Source: Chrysomallon squamiferum (Eukaryota; Animalia; Mollusca). From it: a DNA stretch of 64,000 nt. The notes under the pieces were generated by a model. It did not search any database, had not been told where the DNA came from, and saw only the letters and a list, made by a program, of their open reading frames with translations. Below, one piece after another: positions 10,891-23,441 of this stretch; positions within the stretch are counted from its first letter, which is position 1, and every line of letters starts with the position of its first letter. The position numbers and the translations under genes are program-made. Where the stretch lies: assembly GCA_012295275.1 (NCBI GenBank), contig CM022667.1, forward strand, positions 19,034,001-19,098,000. Direction: 5' to 3'.

Positions 10891-12863
10891 TAATAATAAT
10901 AATAATAAATAATAAATAAATAAATAAATAAATAAACAAAAAACAACAAAGACAACAATGATAATTCAAAATATTCTGTGCGTTTGTTTAAATGTCCCTG
11001 AGTAAAGGTTTGATCATCATACAGTTTTATGTACGTATATGTTGTATCTGTTTAAGGTTATGCACACATATGCATACATATATTAAAACATTACTCTTAA
11101 TGCACCCACTGAACATTTTCCTGTACCTCACTGGCTAAACTACACCCCACCCCACCACACCCAATGAATACACCTATCCAGGAAAGTGCTTAGTCAAGAC
11201 AAACACTATTTTTTCTTTTTGTAATTCAGTTTAATTTGGAGTTATCTCCCTTCTCCTGAAATCTCCTCTCTGTTCCTACAAAATTATAATTATTCAGATT
11301 CAATTAATCTGGAAATTAAAAAGTTATGTAATCAGATGTTTGAAGGAATATATAAGTCTCTATGTTAACATAATTTGGATTTGATTCATCAATACTTAAC
11401 AATGGTTAAAATAAAAAAAAATAAAAATAAAAATAAAAAAGCTTAATTTTATTTATTTAACAGGTATTCTGTCTTGCAAACTGGCATTTTGTGAGACAGA
11501 GTCATTAAAGCCTTACCAAAACGACATCACAGTCCATCTCCTCTGTGAAGAATACAACAATTAACAAAAGGAAAAAAAAAAACCAAAACAGAACAAATAA
11601 AATATTAAATAAAAGAACCTTCATGACAGCACTAATATCAATGAATGAGCAATAAACATCTGAATACAAAATAATAAAATGAGTCAAAATAAACATAAAT
11701 ATTTTCAGCAGTTGTTATCCATTTTTGGTTTTGACACATTATGTAACTATGAACAGCAAGGGTAACCAATGGTAACCAATGGCAACCAGTGTACATTACT
11801 CCTAACACCTATCACTATTTTACTGATTTGTTAATTAAATATACAAAGCAAAGATGTACATTTAATAACATGTTGACATGAATGTGCATAGTAATGTGAT
11901 ATTTGATCCTTTAATCTCTGCATGCCTCTGATTAAATCTTGTACAAAAACAACACAATCAAACAATTAGTTCATTTATAAGTACTAAATAATACTAATAC
12001 TAATAATTATAATAAAAGCAATAATTATGGTAACAGTAGTTGTAGTAGCAATAGTGATGTAATAACAGTAGTAGTAGTAGTAGTAGTAGCAGAAGTAATA
12101 GTAGTCATAATAACAGTAGTTAATAATTATAGTTGTAGCAGTAGCAGTAGCTATATTTGTAGTAGTTGTAATAGCTGTAGCAATAGTAGTATATTAGTAC
12201 TAATAGTAGTTGTTATATTAATTGTACTAGTAGCAGTAGCAGCAGTCATAAACAAATATAATATAATTATAAATTATTATACTATTAATGCAACTAAAGT
12301 GAATTATTTGTAGTATGAAATCTACATGTAATACTATATTTTGCAATAATAAGTATACTGTTAGTATCATACAGCAAAATTAAAAATTTGTATATTCCAA
12401 GTTAATACCTAGTTAGGTACTAATGACCAACCTTTGTTAATAATAAATTCTGACAATAAAACAGAAAGTTTATAATTACAGATACATGGAGTCTGACTTT
12501 TTGAGGATGTTATAGTATATATATATATTTTTTTTTCCCAGTGATTCTACAAAAAACCACAAATATGATATTCACGGTTTTTATAAGAATTTTAAATGCT
12601 CATCAAATACATGTACAGAAGGCAAAATAAATTTTCTAGCACTTTTAAATTTAAAAATAAACATTAAAAACAAAATATTATGGAAAAAAACAGAAGAAAG
12701 AAGATTCAAATTAATAATAGCACAGTTATATGGTTTTTTTAAACAGAAATATACAATATATGACATAAAAGTTTGGTAAAATATTTTTTTTTAAATATGT
12801 GAGAAATTATAATCATAAATTTTTTTTTGTCTTCACAGCAAGAAGAGCTTTTCTTTTCAGTGT

Positions 12864-14941
12864 TTACATGTCTCTCTTCCACCATTGAGCTGGAAAAAAC
12901 AACAACAAAAAAACATTTAATATATAACCACACAACTATAAAATTTAGATTTAATGTAATACGTAATCAAATAATTATAAAGTTTATATTCAACTTAATA
13001 TGCAACAAGACAATAATAATAAAGCTTAGATTTAAATTACATGAAACCAAAACACTCTAAATTTAGATTTAAATTATATGTAATAACAATAAAGCTTAGA
13101 TTTAAATTTATTATTATCTGAATAATAAAGCTAATATTTAGATTTATATTTAGCCAGATTATAATAATAATCCTTAGATTTAATTTTAGTATGTAACCAG
13201 ACAATAATACAATTTACATTTCAGTTATTTGTAACAAGGTAACTATGAAGTTTAGATCTTGATAGCCCAACAAACGTTACTGCAGTATAGTGAATTATGT
13301 TAGTAAGTATTCCCACTGTAATAGTTCCTAGTATGAAAATGACCCTATCAACTGCTCCTAATTTTGCCTGATCTCAAAATGATGTTAGCAAGTACCACTT
13401 GTAACAGTCCCAGTTTTGAAATAAAACTGACAATACTTCTGTAACTGTCCCCTGGTTTTGAAAAACCATGTCAATAATACAACAATAATTGCTTCTATTT
13501 TCACCCTGTACTGAAATCTTCCTGTAACAGACACAGTCTTAGTCCATCTTGATTAACATGCAAAACTCCCATTAAAACTGCTTCTGAATGTAAATGTACT
13601 GAAATAAAACTAATAATCTTCGTGTAACAAACCCTGTGCTGAAAAACATGCAATACTAGCAAAACTGCTCCTGATTTTACTTGGTATTATTCAAATAAAA
13701 CTAACAGTACCCTTACAGCTCCCAAGTTTTGCCTTTTAACAAAATAAGACCTCAACTAACAGTAACCACTTTAACGGCCTAGGATTAACCTTGCACTAAA
13801 CAAAGAAAATCTAACAGAAACTAACTAACAATAATTTACTGTAAACTGTTTCTGGTGTTACCTGGTATTGAAATAACACTGACAACTTCATGACTCTTGA
13901 AGTTTTGTCTGTTTAATCTACTGTAAACTGTTTCTGGTGTTACCTGGTATTGAAATAACACTGACAACTTCATGACTCTTGAAGTTTTGTCTGTTTAATC
14001 TACTGTAAACTGTTTCTGGTGTTACCTGGTATTGAAATAACACTGACAACTTCATGACTCTTGGAGTTTTGTCTGTTTAATCTACTGTAAACTGTTTCTG
14101 GTGTTACCTGGTATTGAAATAACACTGACAACTTCATGACTCTTGAAGTTTTGTCTGTTTAATCTACTGTAAACTGTTTCTGGTGTTACCTGGTATTGAA
14201 ATAACACTGACAACTTCATGACTCTTGAAGTTTTGTCTGTTTAATCTACTGTAAACTGTTTCTGGTTTTACCTGGTATTGAAATAACACTGACAACTTCA
14301 TGACTCTTGAAGTTTTGTCTGTTTAATCTACTGTAAACTGTTTCTGGTTTTACCTGGTATTGAAATAACACTGACAACTTCATGACTCTTGAAGTTTTGT
14401 CTGTTTAATCTACTGTAAACTGTTTCTGGTTTTACCTGGTATTGAAATAACACTGACAACTTCATGACTCTTGAAGTTTTGTCTGTTTAATCTACTGTAA
14501 ACTGTTTCTGGTGTTACCTGGTATTGAAATAACACTGACAACTTCATGACTCTTGAAGTTTTGTCTGTTTAATCTACTGTAAACTGTTTCTGGTGTTACC
14601 TGGTATTGAAATAACACTGACAACTTCATGACTCTTGAAGTTTTGTCTGTTTTCCTTGTTAAATGCATCGGATGCTTCTGAGGCTGATGACCTAGAAAAT
14701 GTACAAAATACAAAAACACTTCTCTGTTAAAAATCAACAAAACAGAAATTATTGAAAACAATATTCCTACTGGTTAAAAAGAACTGTAAACCAGAAAGTA
14801 AACATTTTGTAACATATACACTCTGTCTGATACACACTCTGTACAGAGATACATGATTACCTGCTGGTACAACCAACGGTACATGCACCTGTCTTAACAC
14901 TGTAGACACACAGACAACACAACATATACATGTACCCAAAG

Positions 14942-14992
<51 letters not shown>

Positions 14993-17000
14993 CACACACA
15001 CTCTCAAATAGACGATATATATACTCATTCAAAGAAATGTATATACACACAAACACACATTCGAAATGCACTCATAGGCAAAACACAAACACACACTCAC
15101 ATATGACAACCCATTAAACACACACATACACACACACACACACACACCCAACGTATGTTAAAACCTTACATCATCCTTGTTTCATCGGAGTCCCAGATTT
15201 CATACACAGTGAATTTACCAGTGTTGTTGAAGTTTCTCACACAGACACTGAAAATAAAACATACAAACAACTTACACGAGATCTGATTTCACAGACACTG
15301 AAATCTGGATTCTGTTACCAGCTTCTTCTACCCACACTAGATGTGGGAGATATAAAAATGCTACAACATATCTTCTAACTAATACAGAAATAAATTTACA
15401 TTGTCCTGGCCTGGTAAAGTCATGGGTATGTGGTGTACTGCTTACAGTACAGCTGATAAATGATTGAAATAAAACATTAATTAATTTTTACTTTAAATTA
15501 CTCAACACTGTCACTGTCTTTACAATTACTTTTGAAATAAAATGATAAGTTATATAAATAAAACAAATTTGAATAAATGAAAAAAATAATCTTCAAAAAT
15601 TAAAATAAAAAAGTTTTTACTTGAGGCATCCTCCGACTCCCTGTATAGCCTCGATGTAAGTTTGAATACTTTTTCTAAACTCGTCAAGATTCGTGTTTTT
15701 AACATTAAAGTCTCTCTGGACCATTGTCATCTGAAAACAATCAGTTTCATGAATTTAATAAAATTAATGTTTAGAAATGAAATGGGTAAGTAATCTTTAG
15801 AGTTAATAATTTTTGAATATGAATACTAATAACTAATCATTAATACTTTTTAATGTATGAAGTTGATAACCAATCATTAAAATGAATAATGTTTACACCT
15901 GAATGTATTAGGTATTCAGTAAAATGAATATTTTTTATATATGAAATTGTTAATGGTATAAAAAACTAAAAAAATTATATTATCATTGTTATAATTAATT
16001 TTGAAACACGTTTTTGACAGAATAAGGATAAAATGTTTACTTTTATTTTTATAGGAGAAAATACCCCCCCTCCACAAAAAAAGATCCATCCATTTTGAAA
16101 TTACTTGCTGATAATATTCCTACTGCAATTTCAAACATCTGGTTTTTCTAATTAATACAACATCGAAAATGAAAAAAGAATTAAAAACAATAAAGTTTGT
16201 ACTGATTTTCTAAATACCCTACTGCTTTGCTGATATATTTAAACAGGTCAGATTTCTATGGAGGTATTTTGGAATTCAATGACTTACAAGTGCATCTGGA
16301 TCAGTGACTAATTCTTCATCAGTGAAACCTTCAAAATTTACCTGCAAGTACCGCAAACATCATGTTAGTTTGGTGGTCAGAAACATTTTTATTAAAATTA
16401 TTATTTAAAAGCAGTATCACTGATTTCTAAATGTACACACTGACAGAGAATTTAAATACTCCGGAGAAAGCCAAAACAATTAACAAACCAAACAGTTAAT
16501 TATTTTAGAAATAATAATAATAATAGCATAAGAACAACAACAATAGCAGTAGTAGCAGTGATTATAAGAACAGTAAGAACAACAACAACAATAGTAGTAG
16601 TAGTAATAAAAATATATATATAATAATAAAAGTAGTAGCAGTAGCAGCAGTAATAAAAAAATAAATACAATAATAATAAAAATGGAAATAAAAATAAAAA
16701 TAATAACAATAACAATAATAATAATAATCATAATCATAATCATAATCATAATTTAATAGTAGTAGGAGTGGTAGCAGAAGTACTACTGATAATGAAAATA
16801 AATACAATAATGACAATAAGAAGAAGAAGAAGAAGAAAATGAAGATGAAGAATATTGGTAGTAGTAGTAGCAATAGTAGTAGCAACAGTAGTAGTACCAG
16901 TAGTAGCAGTATAAATATAATATTATTAATAATAGTAATCATAAAAATAATAGTAATATTACTAATAGTAGTAGTATTAGTGGTAGAAATAGTAATAAAA

Positions 17001-17043
<43 letters not shown>

Positions 17044-18539
17044 GGAAAGATACTTGTAAAATCTGTTGTTTGGGGATTTAAGAGGACTGGTTTAAAACCA
17101 AGAGGGAGGTACTCAGGCGGAGCTTTGATTTAAGTTATCCAATCATACTTTGTGTTCCAGCTTGTCAAGCAGTGTCTTCAATCTGTCAATTTGCTGATTC
17201 AGTGCAACAACTCCACCTTAATATAAAATAAGTATTAATAAAAATGTCTATTAGCACAATTTCATTTATACAGAACACTTGAATTTCCAACTAGTAAGTA
17301 TTATACATAGTATAGCATTAAACTATCAATCATCACAGAATAAATATAAATAATAAAAAAAAATGAAGTAATAAAATAATTAAATATGAAATTATTACAT
17401 TACAAAAAAAAATAATAATAAAAAAAAATACAATGAATAAAAAAAAAAAAAAAAATTAATATATAAGTAATTATAAACAATGAGACATAATACTTATTAA
17501 CCAGACGTTAAATGCATAAACTTTTAGGTTTTGAAAGGAGTATATGATGTGTGTGAGTGTGTGCGCATGCGTGAAATATGTATCAGTAATTCATTAAGTC
17601 ATTTATTCATAATAATCTTCTTTTTTAAAAGCACTTAAAGAAATATTCATGTCCAAAGCCAATAGAGATAATTTATTAATATGAACAAAAAAGAAAACAA
17701 AACCCTCTTTAAATTCTTTTTGAAAATGTCATAATAAACAAATTTAAAAAAAAAAAAAAAATGATAATAATAAAATAAAATAAATAAATAAATGAAAAAA
17801 TAACATAAATAAACCTTGACATATTTTAATGTTATAGATTATAAGATGTTAATCATATAGTTTTTATACAATTATAATACAGATAATAAAAAGATATGAA
17901 GTCTCCAACAGAAAGGAGCAGTGTCATGAACGGGAAATGGTGCAGCAGACTGATCTTTCAACCCTTTTCTCCTCTGTCTAAGATCTAATGTTAAACTACA
18001 GCCACTCATAAAAAAACATGCTGAGCAACTTATTATAAAAAAAAATTCAAAAAGATATGGAAAATAAAAATGAAAAAATATTTGTAGAAAGAAAAATTAG
18101 AAATATATACAGTGATTAAAAACCTTACCTTCATTTTCATAGACTGAAAATATTAGTTAAATATATATATGCTCTATCTTTAAGCAAGTATTTATTAAAG
18201 GCAAATAAATTAATATGAAAAACAAATAATTAAATATTAAACATAAACTAAATAATAAACAAATAAGTAAAATAAACATTAATAAATAAACATTAATTAA
18301 TAATATTAAATAATAAAAACATAATCATAAACACAACTTACACAAATTTTTCTTTAAATATTAAGAAAAAGCTGTACATGATGTTATAAAAAAAATGGAC
18401 ATGTCATGTATTTCACAGGACTGTGGGTTCCTTTTTTTTTAGTTGAAGCAGATCAATGTATGATTAAGGAAACATGATCTGCCTTTTTAGGATTTTGGTT
18501 TATTTGTATTTTGTTGATATTAGTATTTAAATTTTTTTA

Positions 18540-18575
<36 letters not shown>

Positions 18576-21500
18576 AAACCAGATAACTAAATAATTAAAT
18601 AACTAAATAAAAAACTAACTAACTAAATAACTAAATAATTACTTACTTTCTGAACCTGTGCTCTGTGAACTAATTTGTCTCTTTGCGTCTGACAATTCGT
18701 CCAGGAATGATGCCACCAGCAGATTTCTTACAGAACTGATCTGCCTCCACTGGTAAAATATCCTTCCTGAAATATATCAGTTATCTCCCTTAAATAATAT
18801 ATTTCATTATTATTATTATTATTATAAAACCAAAGTTGTATAGTCATTTATACATTGGTAATAAACAATATCCTTCTGAATTTTTCAAAGTTAACTTCTA
18901 GAAAATATATATCCAGTTATTTACCTTTACAATCAAAGAGTTACCACCCTTTACACAATTGTGAGAATTAAAAACATCCGTATTCAAGTATTTAACTTTA
19001 TTCAATGTAGTTATTTAATTTTTAAATTATACAGAAAAAAATCTTTTAAACAGTTTGAGGATATTAATATTTTTATGAAAATATTTTGTTTATTCTTCCA
19101 TATACAATAATCTCTTTCAAAATGTTATTTCCTTTAATAAATGACAGTGAAAATTTAATGACCTTGTGAAAAATGAAAATGTATTTCTTCCTTATTAATT
19201 ATTGTATAATTGTCTCCCTTAGTACAATGCAGTTATTTCTCTTTAGCCATTACACAATTACTGCTTAACACATTTTGACATTATTTTCTTTTAAAGAGCA
19301 ACCAGTTTTCATATAAAGACATTGCTATTAAGTGTCAAAATCTAATTTCAGAAAATAAATTTTAAAAAAGAATGAAAGAATGGAATAAAAAGAAAACAAA
19401 GCTATGAAACAAAAATGAGAATAAGAAGAATTCTTATAATAAAATGTTATCAAGAATCTGTGTTTTAGGGAGATGTTCGAATAGAAAAAAAGAATTGCTA
19501 TTTTAACCAATAAAAATAAAAATAAATAAAATTAAAAAATAAAATAATAATAATAAATTTCAAAAATTCAAAAAAAAGAAATAAAAAGAAAATTTAACAC
19601 TGAAATGACAATCTTCAAAACCTAATATTACTGTTTTGTGTACTGTACATATACTAATGGCTGTAGCAGGAAGAAACAGAAACATTAAAGAGAAATGTTT
19701 TGCTGTTTACCTTTCTTCTCTTGCTGCTTCATCAAGATGGTCAGCTGCAGCTTCAACTGGAAGCTGAAGGGCAGACAACTGATTGATGGTTTCACGAAGA
19801 AGAAAACGCCTCACAAATTTCTCTGTTCTGTTCATCTTTTCATAAGCCTAGAAAAAGAAGAAATTAATAATAATAATAATAATAACATCAACAGTTATAG
19901 CAATAATAGTAGTAACAGTAATAATAACAGTAATGCTAACAACAACAGAACAAAAAAATAATGAAATGATTTTGATGGCAAAAAATTTAAAAAATAAACT
20001 GTGTCTTACTGGTTGTGTAGCAAAGAGGATTTTTGTTATTTTCTCTGAAAGATCTTCCACACATCCAAAAATGTCCTTGAAATCTCCAAGATGTTTCATA
20101 AAATAGGCACTTAACTCTCCTACATCTATAGAACTAAAAACAATAAAAAATTAAAAAATTAAAATAAATAAATAAATAAATAATAGATATTCAAAAAATA
20201 TGAACTATAGAAAGAGAAAGATGGAAAAAAGTTCATCAACCCCAACTAAAAAAAACAAAGATTCATTAACAATGAAAAATTACAAAATATGACTAACAAC
20301 AAAATTTACAATTAATTAATAGCAGACAACAAATATAAATATTTACATAAGTTATAAAAAAAAAAAAAAATTAAATAATAATAAAAATAAAAAAAAAATA
20401 TTGAACAAGGACAGTCCACAAATATAAAACATTTTGGTTGTTTTAAATTAAAGTTGAATATCTGACTGGACAGAAGTACAGACAATAAATTACAAACTTT
20501 GTTTTGTGGGTGTCAATCTCATCAAATATAGATTTTAGTTCTTCCTTTCCCATCACACCATCAGCAAAATACATGACAAACTCCTCCCAGCTGATGTAAC
20601 CACTGTCTGCAATGAAAATCAAGTTTGCTTTGTTTCATGACACTACCAGGGCACACCAGTTAATTTTCAACCATTTGCAAAATTCATGATTTGTTCCTTC
20701 CAACTAATATAACGATTATTAACTGCAATCAGGAATAAAAAAGAAGTGGTTTTTTTTTTTTTTTTTTATAATGTAACTTTTGGAGTACAATATATTTCAA
20801 AGATCTTGTTTTGTACTTGGTGACCACTCTTTGCTAATAATAAAGTAGAACAGTATAATAATATATTTTAAAGGAGTTATAGAAACTGATATTTTTACTG
20901 TTGTATTTGTAATGATAGTTTCAACAATACCATGTAACACTGGTTATGTTTCATCTGTCAACTATTGTCAAAACATTTGGTATGTCCTGTCCTGCACGTA
21001 GCCCTTGACAGGAAACCTGCAACATTTTCCTGTTACTGCTATCAGTAACAATATTTATTATTAATTATTATACTTGATATAAGGTAAACAAATTCAGAAT
21101 AGGAAATAGGTTGATGGGCCACTGAACAGGATAGATCCCACAACTTAATGTTCCTCAGCAATTCAGCTGAAACTGCTCACCTTCTATTTTTCTTTCTTTC
21201 TTTTCTTTTTTTTAATTTTATTTTTATATCATTATGTGTCAAAAGAAGTAAGTGTGCCGATGCAGGAGGTCACCTGATTGTTGTGAAACGTTTCTGCTTC
21301 TGTTTCCTCATTATTTTTATGTAATTTCAAAAACAACAAATATCATGACATACTATTCATATTCAGCTTCATCACATTATTCATTTTTGGACATGTCGTC
21401 TTTGATAAACAACAGAGAATTAACAAATTTAGCATTTCAAAATGATCGTTGTGTGTCCAAGATAAGCTTACTTGAATCTTTAAATCATATATAAAAAATT

Positions 21501-22514
21501 CAAATTATGCATTTCTCTCATATTCTGACAAATTTTATGCAAATATTTAGGGCAGCAGACAGTTATTTTTGGATACCAAAATGAGTGGTGTTCTGAGCAA
21601 ATGACACAAATGAAAAGGATGAATCCACAGCTGATATCTTAAAAGTTTGATGTCTCATTTATTTTACTGAGTGACCGAGTATTTATGTGGCATAATACAT
21701 GGAATATGGGGCATGATGCTTCTAAAGGTAACAAAAACTCTATTTTCAGATATAACTCATGCACACTGATTTTTTATTTTAATGAAACGTTAGATCTGTA
21801 TAATGAAAACAAAAGACAAATTAACATTAATTAATGTTATTAATTATCTGGTAACAAAATGTGAGCAAAATACTTGAATATGTAAAGTCCCCTACAATTC
21901 ATCAGTCTTGAAAAAAATTTTTTTTATATATATTGGTTTAATTATGTTGCAAAATGAAATAAATCAGTTTCTCAGGAAAAACTCCTGCAATTTTTATTGC
22001 TATAAAAATTCGTAACTTTTTTCGTATCAGCACTATCAAAGAGATCTTGGTGTCATTTTAATATGCATTTTTTTGCTATTTCTAATTTTATATAATGTTT
22101 TAGTAAAATAATTTAATCACGTAGTGAAATACCTACTTTTAAATAATCAGCTAAAACAATAGTTATGTAAGAATGCATACATACCACTTTTATCAGCTCT
22201 TCTGAATACCTGAAAGTAACAATATGCTAGTAACAATCCAAAGGTATAGACATTTTGAACAGACTGAAGACTATTAATTAGTATACAGACTGGAACTCAC
22301 AGGGTATAAAATCATAATATCACTGACTAATTTTAAATTATGGTGTGAGATCCTAATATAAACAAATACAAATTAACATTTTTCTGAAAAGAAGCATAAT
22401 TAACTAAAACCGCATCAGTAAAAATGAGGCGAGAATATAACAAACAAATTCTTGATAATGGCATACATCAAGAAATATTGATGTTCCCTTTTCCTCAGAA
22501 CTGGTTGTAGCCAT
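12864..22514 (-). CDS. NECAB: N-terminal EF-hand calcium-binding protein (NECAB family: EF-hands, coiled coil, ABM-like domain). Exons 22514-22467, 22209-22185, 20606-20498, 20133-20010, 19847-19711, 18766-18647 (frameshift), 17216-17149, 16341-16288, 15730-15621, 15247-15170, 14691-14600, 12889-12864
   Basis: Translation MATTSSEEKGTSIFLD|VFRRADKSD|SGYISWEEFVMYFADGVMGKEELKSIFDEIDTHKTN|SIDVGELSAYF..|..EKFVRRFLLRETINQLSALQ..|..LNQQIDRLKTLLDKLE..|..FRKSIQTYIE..GCLN|VCVRNFNNTGKFTVYEIWDSD..|..SVISIP|AQWWKRDM*. Hallmarks: RRADK, FADG, RFLLRET.NQL, YE.W, PAxWW. All introns GT-AG; phases agree except across exon 6. Confidence 0.92.
12930..13260. repeat. Degenerate ~35-40-bp minisatellite next to the NECAB last-exon acceptor
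   Basis: Repeated (a)ataaag(c/t)ttagatttaa(a/t)t..atgtaac units. Confidence 0.75.
13837..14652. repeat. 82-bp tandem repeat x10 spanning the NECAB exon-11/intron-11 junction
   Basis: cctggtattg recurs at 13861, 13943, 14025, 14107, 14189, 14271, 14353, 14435, 14517 and 14599; copies are near-identical. Confidence 0.97.
16510..17042. repeat. Compound trinucleotide low-complexity tract (AAT/AGT/AAC/AAG)
   Basis: Interrupted runs of aat, agt, aac, aag and aatcat. Confidence 0.9.
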
Positions 22515-22896
22515 TTCGGAATCCTTTGTTTCCGTGTTTTCTGAAGAAAATCGGTCGTTTCCGTACATTTACGGCTGTTCGATTTGATTACTTGTGTTCT
22601 AATGTCACATTTTATTTATTTTGTCTTAATTTTTGTTATTAGTTTTTCCTTCCCGTAAACTGTTAGTCATTAAATTTTATAAATTTTAAATAAAAAAATT
22701 CACGCTTTACTGAATGTTTATAAAATAAAGAACCCATATTTCAGTATTTCGTTTTTCACTTTTGAATTTTTAAAGTATATAATTATTAAGCCTTGGTCCA
22801 GAAAACTGGAAAATCCAGGAATTTGTGTCCCCTCTGATCCCAAGATTGCTGGATAAGATGACCATAATTAGCATTAATAAACAGTATATATAAATA

Positions 22897-22948
<52 letters not shown>

Positions 22949-23441
22949 ATTTGGATGCGGGAACATTGCATTTTGAAATAATTATCAGAAGGAATGCACG
23001 TGTAGGTTATTCACTTTTTGCAGAAAATTATGACTTAACAACATCAAAGAATGGACTGGGTTCTGCTTCAGTCATATTTTTAGAGCAACTGAGCAAAATC
23101 TGCATGTCATGATCCATTATTCTGTTGCACCTGCGGTTTTTGAGAGAACTGTCTGACAGAGATAACTGAAACACAGCTTGACAAACATACAGAACAGCTG
23201 AAAGAATGGCTAATAAAACCATCTATTTTAAAACACGAGAGAAAGTCGAACAAATAAAATAATAGTAATATTATTAAAGTTTAACTTAAAAAATGATTTT
23301 GTTTTTTTTTGTTTTATAACATGATTTTAACTGTTTACTTTCGAGCGAACAACGGAAAATGTCGATAATTATCGAATGGTTTTTAAAATCTTCGGCATCA
23401 GCATTTTGTATGAGACCGGTACCGTTGTCAGTGAAAACAAC
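22515..23441. promoter_or_regulatory. Putative bidirectional promoter region of NECAB (-) and MORN1 (+)
   Basis: Divergent ATGs ~930 bp apart, with local CpG enrichment near both starts (22515-22580, 23340-23460). X-box-like GTTGTCAGTGAAAAC at 23424-23438. Confidence 0.6.

Noticed and set aside
13837-14652. CRISPR-like regular array
   Set aside because: Units are contiguous with no unique spacers, there are no cas genes, and the context is a eukaryotic intron.
16480-17081. Poly-I/L/Y/N ORFs
   Set aside because: Trinucleotide low-complexity translations inside a NECAB intron.
18758-18766. ATATCCTT on the + strand as a second U12 donor
   Set aside because: It is the antisense of NECAB coding sequence (AAG GAT AT); no + strand gene here.
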